Made by a program: the position numbers and the translations under genes. The notes beneath the pieces were generated by a model. That model saw nothing but the letters and a program-made list of their open reading frames with translations. It did not search any database and was not told where the DNA came from. Source: an uncultured Chloroflexia bacterium (GTDB lineage Bacteria > Chloroflexota > Chloroflexia > Thermomicrobiales > UBA6265). Taken from it: DNA of 64,000 nt. The stretch spans positions 9,157 to 73,156 of the forward strand of contig CAVTUU010000012.1 in assembly GCA_963737985.1 (NCBI GenBank). The letters are read 5' to 3'. Position 1 is the first letter of the stretch. The number at the start of each line of letters is the position of its first letter. This document shows, one piece after another, positions 52,276 to 62,079 of the stretch.

Positions 52276-53664
52276 TCAGTTGCCGTCTGGTGGAACCGTC
52301 TTCTTCACGACACTGCTCCACAACAACTGGTCCTGGCTGACTTTTGGCGGGACCTTCCTCCCGTCGGTGGCCGAAAAATCGAGCGTCAATCCCACAAGAA
52401 TCGCTCCTTTGATCTCGTAATGAATGGTGCCGGCTTTGGGACCCGGACCGGGCTCCGATTTGGTTTGGTAATATTTATAGTTCTGCACGTCGTCATCCCG
52501 GACAACCCGAATCCCAACGTTGTTGCCTGGCGCGAAACCGCTTCCCGTAACTGCAAACGTCGCGTTTGATGACGGTCCCTTGTAGTCGACTTGAATAATC
52601 GGCGGGGCCGGTAACGGTGGTGACGGTGGTTCCAAGACGTGTAACTCAAGCAGGTTAGAGGTAGATGTCTGTCCGCCGGGTTTCGGGTAGACGATGCCCA
52701 CCTGATAATCACCATGCGATGCAACACTATACTCGGGGATTATGGTCCGCAGTTCTGTGTCGGAGACAGTGTCTGAGTTTCCGAATCCATACGTGGAAAA
52801 TCAGATGTTGAAGCCTTCACGGAAGAATTGGCCGCGGGCTGTGAGGTGGAGATCCCCCTTTCCTTCCTCTACCGCGTTGGGTATTAGCTCCGCCAAGATT
52901 GGTGGCCGGTATTCGACCGTCGTCGCGCCCTCCATGCGTGAATAATCCCCACAGAACCTGATCATCCCGTAAATGTGGTGGTCAAATAAGAGTGGCTTGA
53001 CTCCTTTGAAGATGACCGAAACGATCCCGCTTTCACTTGACGGCGCTTGGCCACTGGCGATCGGCTTGAGTGGGTCTGCTTGATCCCACAGTTCGATGTC
53101 GACTCCGGCTGAAACATTCACTACCGTCATCGACGTGTCCCCGTCATAAAGCGGGTCCAAGATGGCGCCATAGTGGAGCCCACCGGTTAGCAGTACCGTC
53201 TTCGGATCCGAGACTTGCACTTGGCCGCAGGCTTGATGCACCGCCGTGATCTCGTGGTCCTGGGAAAGCGCCGGGGCGACCCGTATATACATCTGGTCAC
53301 CGGTCACGGGCTCGGGATTTGAAATCGGTCCACTCCGGTTAGAGACAACGGTGATAGTTCCAGCCAGGGGAAATATGTCGTGTACCGTGACCACGTTCTG
53401 GCAATCGAAGAGGTTGCCGAAGATGTTTGGTTTGTGAAGCGGTCCGAACTCAAAAGGTGTCTGCGAATTCGACCAGTCGCTCCAGTGATCACACTCTCCT
53501 TGGCGAACGCGCACAAGGCAGCCCGGTTGCATTCCAGGCGCCGTTCTCGGCTTATCAACATCGGTGGCTACGGTGCGAGAAAGAGTTGTTTGCCCATTGG
53601 ACTCGACGGAATATTCGACATCTGCACCAGGTTTGAGACCCCGGACAATTATTGTGGATGTCAT
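52276..53664 (-). pseudogene. Hypothetical Ig-like/IPT-TIG repeat protein, split by a single in-frame TGA at 52801-52803
   Basis: ORFs 52801-53829 and 52276-52701 are in the same frame. The 33 codons between them are open and protein-like. The stop falls inside an IPT-like domain (IPNAVEEGKGDLHLTARGQFFREGFNI*FSTYGFGNSDTVSDTELRTIIPEY). No signal peptide. Start uncertain. Confidence 0.55.
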
Positions 53665-54414
53665 ATGGCAATGAGCCGGGCCTGGATGGTTCCGACCTCT
53701 TGTGTTTGTCCGCCACGCGTGCGCAGCAGCGTCAAGGTCGCGCCGGGGGAAGCGTCCTCGAAAATTACCGAGCGGCTGCATTCCGATAAGGGACCGAAGA
53801 CTTTGGGGGGAAGGAGTTCCATCGATCATCCTTTATGAATGAGGCGATGACGCTTTCTAAGGCAGCTGCGATGTTCGCGGCGGCTACCGTGATCGTAATG
53901 CGACATTATCGATTGATTTCCATCCTAACGTAAACAATTGCTGGGGCTCTCAGTAAAAAATGCGTATTTTGCTGAGATTGATTGGTGCAAAGTAGCGGAC
54001 ACCGGACAGCTGACTGTCCGGTTCCATGGGAGACAAGAGGCGGTAATTAATCGAGGAGTAGACTTTTTGACTTGCTGCCCATCGCATCCAATCAACTGTC
54101 GACATTATTACTTCGGGTGATTCTTCGAGGCCTCAGCTAGCACAGCCAATTTTGATGCCCGTTGTTTCATATGGCACGTGAGATATGCGCGACTTGAGAT
54201 AACGGTTGAGAGTTTCGATCTACTTTCAAATCCGCCTCCGTTCCAAGTAAGGCTGTCCAGCGGATACACGAAGCATTAACGCGTTTGGGATCTTTCGGAT
54301 GTACGATGAGCGCCTTATACTGGGTGAACGTACACCTGGACAAGGTGGGGAAGGAGCGTTGGTGAAAAACGCGGAACGAACCGTCGAACAAACTCGGGCT
54401 CGGGGTAGAACCAG

Positions 54415-55134
54415 GTGACGAAGAGCCCGGCCCCTCTCATCGTTTTTCTCCCAGGTTCGTGTGGTCAACTCGTGCCGGACTTGCAATCGACGTTCGTCAC
54501 CGTGGCTCCTAGCATTGACCTAGTCGCGGGAAAGATCGACCAAACCGGGCACCTCGCCGCTGCCATCCTCGCAGGCGATCCTGTCGATGTTTTCATCTCG
54601 GCTAATCGCCGATATATGGAGCAGGTTCGCGATGCAGGCTTGGTGGGCGACTTCTATGTCTTCGCGCGCAATGCACTCTGCATGTTCGTGCGCAAGGAAC
54701 GCGTTGGCGATATCAATAACCTCGCGGATATCGGTCGATCCGACGTTCGCACGATGGTAGCGCCGGCGGAATCCGATCCTGGCGGCGCCTATACCGTTGA
54801 ACTCATAGAACGCGCGGAGCTAACGGGGATATTCGAGGAACAGAAACAACGCGGAAACATCATGGTCGCCGGAACCGGCCGTCCAATGCCTGAATTGATT
54901 GCGAGTGGTGAAGTCGATGCGATCATCCTCTACCGGTCGCTCGCCGGTAGGTTTCCGGATTTTGAGGTCGTTCTGCTGCCTCCAGAATTGGACATGAGCG
55001 ATCGCAACGTCTTCACTGTCGGCGCGATCGTTCGGGACGGCCGAAAGCATCCTATGGCAGATGCGTTCACAGTCATGCTGTTCAGCCCCGCTGGTCAGGA
55101 GTTGCTCGAACGAAACGGTTTCCTCCCCGCTTAA
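54415..55134 (+). CDS. ModA-like (molybdate/tungstate type) periplasmic-binding-fold protein lacking a signal peptide
   Basis: LIVFLPGS...GDPVDVFISANRRYMEQVRDAGLV...FARNALCMFVRK resembles ModA-family SBPs. GTG start. Confidence 0.6.
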   Translation: MTKSPAPLIVFLPGSCGQLVPDLQSTFVTVAPSIDLVAGKIDQTGHLAAAILAGDPVDVFISANRRYMEQVRDAGLVGDFYVFARNALCMFVRKERVGDINNLADIGRSDVRTMVAPAESDPGGAYTVELIERAELTGIFEEQKQRGNIMVAGTGRPMPELIASGEVDAIILYRSLAGRFPDFEVVLLPPELDMSDRNVFTVGAIVRDGRKHPMADAFTVMLFSPAGQELLERNGFLPA

Positions 55135-55203
55135 ATCTGACACGACGAGTTTCTGCAACCAGTTCGTGATGTGATGGAGCTAACTGCAATAGGGAGCCAA
55201 ACG

Positions 55204-55779
55204 ATGAGTATCGACGATGAAATCGATCAACTCTCGGGACAGATCGGTGAATTGAAGGCGAAGCTTTCCGAGGCGCGCCGCCGGCGACCGGCCGAGCCGG
55301 TCAACGATTACGACCTGATGAACCAGGACGGATCGACGGTGAAACTCTCGGAGCTTTTTGGCGACAAGAACGACTTGCTGGTTGTCCACAATATGGGCCG
55401 GGGCTGCGTCTATTGCACCATGTGGGCCGACGGCTTCAACAGCATGACCCCACATCTTGAAAACCGCGCTGCCTTCGTCGTCGTCTCGCCAGACGAACCT
55501 GCGGTCCAATCGGCTTTCGCCAAGTCTCGCGGTTGGACCTTTCGAATGGCCTCGGGTGCGCAAAGCGACTTCATCAAGGACATGGGATTTCTCTGGTCCG
55601 ACTCCAATGACAGCGGATATCAGCCTGGGATTTCAGCATTCCACCGCAACGACGACGGCTCAATCGTTCGCACCGGCAAGGACGAATTTGGACCCGGAGA
55701 CGATTACTGTCCCGGCTGGCGCATGTTCGATCTGCTCGCCGGCGGCGCCGGCGAGTGGGAACCGAAATACAGGTACTAA
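55204..55779 (+). CDS. DUF899 thioredoxin-like family protein
   Basis: N-terminal coiled segment, then LLVVHNMGRGCVYCTMWADGFN ... PGISAFHRNDDGSIVRT ... YCPGWRMFDLL. Confidence 0.7.
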   Translation: MSIDDEIDQLSGQIGELKAKLSEARRRRPAEPVNDYDLMNQDGSTVKLSELFGDKNDLLVVHNMGRGCVYCTMWADGFNSMTPHLENRAAFVVVSPDEPAVQSAFAKSRGWTFRMASGAQSDFIKDMGFLWSDSNDSGYQPGISAFHRNDDGSIVRTGKDEFGPGDDYCPGWRMFDLLAGGAGEWEPKYRY

Positions 55780-55834
55780 CGTCGACTACCTGCGTGTCGA
55801 ACTTGCGGTAGCCGTCGCTTGAGCTTGTCGGCTC

Positions 55835-56599
55835 TCAGGATGCGAAGCGAGCGCTGAGACCGCCATCGACGAGAATCGTCGCTCCCGTCATGAAACTCGC
55901 TTCGTCGGAAGCGACGAAGGCGATGACATTCGCGATCTCGTCGGGGGCGCCTATCCGGCCCATCGGGTGCTGCGCGAGGATGCTCGCTTCTGCTGCGACT
56001 GGATCGGGTTGCATCTCGATATTTTCCTGGACAAGGCGAGTTCTCGTCCATCCGGGGCAAACCGCGTTGACCCGTATTTGATCCGATCCATAATCGAGCG
56101 CGAGACTACGAGTGAGACCAACGAGCCCCGATTTTGCGGCCGCGTAGGGGAACATGTTCTTCATCGTCATGAAGGCGTGGATTGAGGCGTTGTTGACGAT
56201 CGAACCGCCGCCGGCCTTCTGCATCTCCGGGATCGCGTACTTCGCGCAGAGCCACGCGCCCTTGAGATCGACGCCAAAGACATGCTCCCAATCGACGTCG
56301 GTCATCTTGACCGCGTCGTGGTAGGCATTAATACCGGCGTTGTTGACGAGAATATCGAGTTTGCCGAAGCGAGCGACGGTGGCTTCGACTCCGGCCTTGA
56401 CCTGATCTTCCTTCGTCACGTCGGCGATCTGAACGAGCACCTGTTCGAGATTGAGCCCATCGACCGCCGCGCGTCCCTTGGCCTCATCGCGGACGAATGA
56501 GACGACGTTTGCCCCCTCCGCGACGAACTTTTCGACGCACGCTTTCCCGATCCCAGTCGCCCCACCGGTGACGATCGCGACCTTCCCCGCAAGCCTCAT
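55835..56599 (-). CDS. SDR family oxidoreductase
   Basis: TGGATGIG, NNAG, catalytic YAAAKSG. Start at MRLAGKVAIVTGG. Confidence 0.9.
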   Translation of the reverse strand: MRLAGKVAIVTGGATGIGKACVEKFVAEGANVVSFVRDEAKGRAAVDGLNLEQVLVQIADVTKEDQVKAGVEATVARFGKLDILVNNAGINAYHDAVKMTDVDWEHVFGVDLKGAWLCAKYAIPEMQKAGGGSIVNNASIHAFMTMKNMFPYAAAKSGLVGLTRSLALDYGSDQIRVNAVCPGWTRTRLVQENIEMQPDPVAAEASILAQHPMGRIGAPDEIANVIAFVASDEASFMTGATILVDGGLSARFAS

Positions 56600-56898
56600 C
56601 GCCCACTCCCTCACATGGCCGCATCGACCCGCCCATTGCGCGTCGTTGGAAACCTATTTTCACCAAGGACGATGGATGGTAGGGCGCGACCGGATACGTG
56701 TCAATTTGGAGCGACCAAAGCCACTTTCTTTGAACTCAGGCATGCCGCGGGTTGCTGAAAACAACGAAGCCGATCTGACGCTCTTTACCTGACCAGCCCA
56801 AGTCGACTCTGAATTGCCGCTAGAGCCGGCACACGCTTGTGCGCCACTGACGGAAAGTTCAGTCGTGTATGTCGAGCCACTAATTCGGATGCCGAATG

Positions 56899-57732
56899 CT
56901 AGATCGAGAGGCCCAATTCTTCTTCGAGGTAACGCTTGCTCATCTCGACGCTTTCATACGGAGTGCGGCGGGTGTAGTCCAATTCAATGGTGATCCAACC
57001 GGGATAATTGTGGCTCGCCAAGATCTCAATACATCCGCGCAGGTCCACCTGACCTTCTCCGAGTTCAACAAAATCTCGAATAATGGCAGTGCCTCCCTCT
57101 CCTGCCACTTCAGCCGGAAGAGATGGGTCCCAGTCTTTGAGATGAACATATTTGATGCGCTCCGCGTATTTGTTGAAGAGCATGATTTCCGCACCCGGAA
57201 CGGTTGGATTGCCCTTGGCGAAGTGGGCTGTGTCGGCTGCCATCTCGACGTATTGAGGATCGAGCCGATCAAAAACGTAATTGATCTCATCAATGGTTTC
57301 GACGACCGTATTGATGTGCGGGTGGAAGCAAGACAGTACCCCGAGCTCCGCAGTACGTCTCCCGATTTCGGTGGCGCAGGCGACCAAGGCATCAAGCTCT
57401 GCGTTCGTTGGTCCGGTGGCCCCTCGGCGACCGGGACCGAGCACCATCCGATCAGCGCCACACTGGCTCAGGAACGACGCGATCTTAACATTTCGTGTGA
57501 TCAACGCTTCGGATTCTGCAGGCACGTGCATATTGCCGCCTCCGTACAAGGCGACCAACCGCAAACCTCGGTCTTGCAAAAGTTCTTTGAAGTCGGCGAT
57601 CTTATCGCCGTCGAAGTTGTCAATTACTGATGCAAATGTCTCGAAGCCGTGGAATCCGAGTGCGGAGATCTCATCCATCGCGAGCAAAAAGTTCGGTTCC
57701 CCCCAAGTAATACCGTGGCAGGCAATTCGCAT
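56899..57732 (-). CDS. Sugar-phosphate isomerase/epimerase (xylose isomerase-like TIM barrel)
   Basis: GFHGFE, metal-binding style HPH, HLKD and ELD motifs. ATG at 57732 behind AAGGAG. Confidence 0.8.
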   Translation of the reverse strand: MRIACHGITWGEPNFLLAMDEISALGFHGFETFASVIDNFDGDKIADFKELLQDRGLRLVALYGGGNMHVPAESEALITRNVKIASFLSQCGADRMVLGPGRRGATGPTNAELDALVACATEIGRRTAELGVLSCFHPHINTVVETIDEINYVFDRLDPQYVEMAADTAHFAKGNPTVPGAEIMLFNKYAERIKYVHLKDWDPSLPAEVAGEGGTAIIRDFVELGEGQVDLRGCIEILASHNYPGWITIELDYTRRTPYESVEMSKRYLEEELGLSI

Positions 57733-57778
57733 GATGGATACTCCTTGCACGTGAAGAGCAGATGAGTCAGTTTGCCGC

Positions 57779-58480
57779 TTAGTTCTGGTCGCGAAGCATC
57801 ACCTCCAACATGCGATTCCGGCCCGCGAGAAGGTGTTCGCGCATCAGGCTAGCCGCCGCACTGCCGTCACCTGCGTCGATCGCGTCAAGCAAGCGTTGAT
57901 GCTCTTTGAACGATTCCATGACGCTCGCATCTGACAATCCGTTTGCCGCCAAAGCGAGTTGTCGCAGAGCCTGTCGACTCAGACTCTCAAGAATGGCGGA
58001 GATGCGCGGTCGTGAAGCTAATCGCCATAACTGATCATGAAGCGAGAAATCGTCATTCGCGAAGTCAACGCCGGTGGTGAAATCGCGCATTTTCTCGTTG
58101 AGTTGATAGCACAACTGAATGGTTGAGTCGGAGCGGTTCAGTGCGGCGTATTCGGCCATCAACGGTTCCAGGCCGATGCGGATTTCAAAGATTTCGTCGA
58201 TATCCGAAGGACGCACAGGAGCAACAATCGTGGACGTGTTCGGGAGCGTGGTGACGAGCCCATCCTTCTCAAGTTGCCGAAGCGCTTCGCGAAGCGGCGA
58301 GCGGCTCACACCGAGTTCCGCCGACAGCGTCGATTCGACCAAACGGAAGCCCGGCGGCATGGTGCCGTCGATGATTCGCGCAGTCAGTTGATTGAGCACC
58401 CAGGCGCGCAACGTTCGCGTCGTCGGGCGAGTGAGTCCATTCGCTGATATGTCGTCTTCGCCACATTTCGGATACCGCAT
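57779..58480 (-). CDS. GntR-family transcriptional regulator with FCD ligand domain
   Basis: LVESTLSAELGVSRSPLREALRQLEKDGLVT, followed by a helical FCD domain. Start uncertain; the ORF extends to 58594. Confidence 0.85.
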   Translation of the reverse strand: MRYPKCGEDDISANGLTRPTTRTLRAWVLNQLTARIIDGTMPPGFRLVESTLSAELGVSRSPLREALRQLEKDGLVTTLPNTSTIVAPVRPSDIDEIFEIRIGLEPLMAEYAALNRSDSTIQLCYQLNEKMRDFTTGVDFANDDFSLHDQLWRLASRPRISAILESLSRQALRQLALAANGLSDASVMESFKEHQRLLDAIDAGDGSAAASLMREHLLAGRNRMLEVMLRDQN

Positions 58481-58777
58481 TGCTCTTCCAAATCTGCTTT
58501 CAGTATCGGTGCGCGAGCGCCCAGCGTGTGTTTCGGTCAGCTTAACCACTTCGATGACTTGCGTAGTTGATTCGAAAACATGTTCCTGCGGCACAAAGAT
58601 CTATTCAACTGTGTAGCGTTAGATCGCATTGTCGTTCATCGATCATATACAATCGACTGTATCCTATCAGGGTTCGGACCCTCCTAACAATGTCGCTGGG
58701 TAAAAAAGCAATTGAATAGGACTTGCTTGCAACGTGAGTGAAGTCGGTGGCGTTCGTCGATTGGCAAGGGGGAAGAA

Positions 58778-60169
58778 ATGTCCTCAGCTTATGAGCATGT
58801 CGAATCTGTCGATCAGAAATCAGTACCCAGGATTTCAAGACGGTCACTTCTTCGTTCGGCAAGCGCAGTGGGAGCTGCCGCCGCGGTCGGCTCTCTCGCC
58901 TCCGTGTCCTCCACATCGGCATCGCCAGCTTCAGGCGCTAAGCCCTTCACGCATGCGCAAGCACAGGACGCTGTTGAGCTCAAACTGAACGCGAGAACCG
59001 GTAGCGAGCAGCAGATATTCGAGGGGTTCATTTCGCAGTTTACGGAGCAGAATCCCAATATCAAGATCACCGGCCAATATTTCACTCCCGACAATCAAGA
59101 GTATTTTCAGAAGATCGCTGTGCTCATCGCGGGCGGCACAGCCGGCGATCTCATCTGGATCTCGAGCATCGAGGGGTACTACGACTACGCCTCCCGGGGC
59201 ACCTGGCGCGCGCTCGACGATTACATCACCAAGGATGCAATCGATAACACTCAGTGGTACGACGCAGCGGTGAGCATGCTCAAGGTCGGTGACGTCTCCT
59301 ACGCGCTCCCTTTGTGGTCTCACCCGTCGATCGTCGGTCTCTACTACAACAAGGATCTTTTCGATCAAAACGGTCTCGCCATTCCCGACGACACGTGGAC
59401 GACGGATAACCTCGCCAATGCAGCAATCCAACTAACGAAGCGCACGGGTGACACGGCCGATTTGCTCGGTTACGCGCCAGCTGTCGGATTCTTCAACGGC
59501 CTCTGTCAAGTCCTTCCGAGTTTCGGCGGCAATCCGATCTCTGCTGACGGAAAAACTATGACGTTTACGGAAGACGCGTCGAAGGCCGCAATACAGTGGT
59601 TGGTCGATCAATTTGTCACCAACAAAGTGACTCCGACTGCGGGATCAACCTACGACACCAACAATGACACGCTGATGTCCAGCCAAAAGATGGCCATGAG
59701 GGCTAATGGTTATTGGGGCCGGTGGGGCGCTAAAGCAACCTGGGAATTCAACTGGGGAGTGTCGCCCATGGCGAAGGGGCCGGCCGGTACAAGCGGAGCC
59801 ATGCTGCAGACGGATTCGGTACCGCTGAACAAGACCACCAAGCACCCAGACGAAGCGTGGGCATTCCACAAGTTCCTCTCCACCAAGGATGCTGGAATGT
59901 TTCTCTGGGAGCAGAACTACTTGCCCGGATCGCGGCCGGACGTTTGGGAAGATCCGACCTTGATGGCCGACGAGGGGCACGCGGTCTACGCCAATCTGAT
60001 GAAGGACGCAGCGCCACTCTACTATCCAGCCAACTATCGATTCCGCGAGTTCGAAGTCGCGATCAATCAAGAGATGACGAAAGCTTGGCTGGGTGACGCG
60101 AGCGTGGACGAGGCGATCGCCAGTGCGACGAAGGCAGGGCAAGACATCCTCGACAAGGGCCCGGCGTAG
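58778..60169 (+). CDS. Sugar ABC transporter substrate-binding protein (family 1) with Tat-type signal
   Basis: ISRRSLLRSASAVGAAAAVGSLA, then a typical carbohydrate SBP body. AGGGGGAAG RBS. Confidence 0.85.
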   Translation: MSSAYEHVESVDQKSVPRISRRSLLRSASAVGAAAAVGSLASVSSTSASPASGAKPFTHAQAQDAVELKLNARTGSEQQIFEGFISQFTEQNPNIKITGQYFTPDNQEYFQKIAVLIAGGTAGDLIWISSIEGYYDYASRGTWRALDDYITKDAIDNTQWYDAAVSMLKVGDVSYALPLWSHPSIVGLYYNKDLFDQNGLAIPDDTWTTDNLANAAIQLTKRTGDTADLLGYAPAVGFFNGLCQVLPSFGGNPISADGKTMTFTEDASKAAIQWLVDQFVTNKVTPTAGSTYDTNNDTLMSSQKMAMRANGYWGRWGAKATWEFNWGVSPMAKGPAGTSGAMLQTDSVPLNKTTKHPDEAWAFHKFLSTKDAGMFLWEQNYLPGSRPDVWEDPTLMADEGHAVYANLMKDAAPLYYPANYRFREFEVAINQEMTKAWLGDASVDEAIASATKAGQDILDKGPA

Positions 60170-60247
60170 GTCGGAATGAGCCTCTAAAGGTCTGTGAGGC
60201 ATGCGTCGACGAACTTCGACGCATGCCTCCACAATTCGTCGGGGGTT

Positions 60248-61213
60248 GTGCCTGTGGGCGTCGTTATAGCCCTGCCGAAGAAGCGCTTTGGCACGAGGCG
60301 GCTGTCGCTTCGAGCCCGAGACAACCTGGTCGGCTACCTCTTCATTCTTCCCGGTGTATTGGGATTTCTGATCTTCAGCCTCGGACCCATCGTCGCCGCT
60401 TTTCTCATGAGCTTCACCGACTACAACATGATCGAGAAGGCGAACTGGGTTGGGATTCGACAATTATTCGCGTGCGCTTTTTCACGATCCGCTGTTCTGG
60501 CCTTCGCTCAGACGGACCATCGTCTACGCCCTGCTCAACGTTCCAATCGGTATTGCGCTGTCACTCGCAGTGGCAGTGCTTCTGAACCAAAAACTACGAG
60601 GGACATGGCTTTTCCGAACCCTCTTCTTCCTCCCGTCGGTCGTGCCAACTGTTGTCGCCATTCTTTTCTGGGTCTGGCTCATGAATCCAGACTTTGGACT
60701 TCTGAACTACATCCTTAGCCAGTTTGGTATTCAGGGGCCAGCCTGGTTATCCAGTACGCCGCTGGGCGCTCCCGTCGCTGGTTTTCATGGACTGGTGGTC
60801 GAGGTCGGCGGCACCAGAATGATCATCTTTTTGGCGGCGCTCCAAGGATCTCGCAAGATCTGCTTGACGCCGCTTCGCTCGACGGCGCAGGGCCATTGCG
60901 CCGGTTTTTTGGCGTCACGCTCCCGCTCATTACTCCATCGGTGTTCTTTGTCACGATCTTGACCGTCGTTGCATCTCTGCGCGTGTTCACGCCAGCGTAC
61001 ATCGCCACTGACGGCGGGCCGAGCTATGCAACTTGGTTCTATGGTTTCTACATGTTCAAGGAGGCGTTCCAGTTTTTCGAGATGGGATACGCGTCCGCCC
61101 TGGGATGGCTCTTCTTCATCATCATCTTTGGTCTCACGATATTGCAATTCCGGTTGCAATCCCGCTGGGTCTACTACGAAGGGAACGTGCATGACCGTAA
61201 GAGACGCTCATAG
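60248..61213 (+). pseudogene. Sugar ABC transporter permease (MalF/UgpA-like), at least four frameshifts
   Basis: LVGYLFILPGVLGFLIF (frame of 60194), FDNYSRALFHDPLFW... (60450), WALPSLVFMDWW (a third frame), GTRMIIFLAALQG, then DLLDAASLDGAGPLRRFFGVTLPLITP (frame of 60896). Confidence 0.8.
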
Positions 61214-62077
61214 TCCCTCGTCACCTCTTCGCAACGGTTTGCGCATCAGCGGGCGGATCATCCTCTATCTTTTAGCGGTTCTGCTTGCCATCGTCTTTGC
61301 CATTCCAGCCTATTGGACAATGGTCGGCGCCTTCAAAACCGTGACAGAGATTCGCCACATCCCCCCAATCTGGGTCCCAAGCACATGGCATTACGAAAAC
61401 TTCCACCAGGTCTGGCAGACCGTTCCCTTCGGCACCTTCTACAAGAACACGGTCATCGTGACCGGATTGGCGACACTTGGTCAGGTGTTTACTGCGGCCG
61501 TCGTCGGTTACGGATTTGCTCGCTTTAAGATGCCCGGCGGCAACATCTCTTTCTGCTGATCCTGAGTACGATCATGTTTCCGCCGGAACTAACGCTCGTG
61601 CCGACATTTGTGCTCTTCAAGCACTTGCATTGGCTTGACACGCTCAAACCACTCATCGTGCCGTACTGGTTTGGCGGTGGCGCGTTCTTCATCTTCTTGT
61701 TCCGACAATTCTTCATGGCGCTTCCACCCGATCTCATCGACTCAGCTCGACTCGATGGCGCCGGGCACTTCCGAGCGTTTATGGAGATTGCGGTCCCGCT
61801 GACTCGACCCGCCTTTGCCGCGGCCGCGATTATCTCGTTCTTCTACCATTGGAACGATTTCATTAATCCGCTGATCTATCTCAACAGCAGTGAAAACTAC
61901 ACGCTCGCGCTTGGTCTGCGAGCGTTTACGACAGGCGAAGTTGGGCTCTCGGGGGTGCCGGAAGATAATCTCTTCATGGCCGCTGCCGTCATGATGATCC
62001 TGCCAACCGTTCTCATCTTTATCGTTGCCCAACGCTATTTCATTCGCGGGATTGTCGCGACGGGAATGAAAGGATAA
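61191..62077 (+). pseudogene. Sugar ABC transporter permease (MalG/UgpE-like), one frameshift near 61545
   Basis: The N-terminal half is in the frame of ORF 60969-61559. The EAA-loop half (DSARLDGAGHFRAFMEIAVPLTRPA) is in ORF 61574-62077. Confidence 0.8.
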
Positions 62078-62079
62078 CC

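Noticed and set aside
52801-52803. Selenocysteine or alternative genetic code (TGA as sense) for the in-frame stop.
   Set aside because: I saw no SECIS-like hairpin immediately downstream. The same gene and neighbouring genes use TGA/TAA as genuine stops. A single occurrence is more simply a nonsense mutation.
49824-54190. 12-nt inverted match GCGCATATCTCA (49824-49835) / TGAGATATGCGC (54179-54190) near the edges of the lower-GC islet, possibly terminal inverted repeats.
   Set aside because: The match does not extend beyond 12 nt. The left copy lies outside the compositional boundary. No transposase or target-site duplication is seen. It may be chance.
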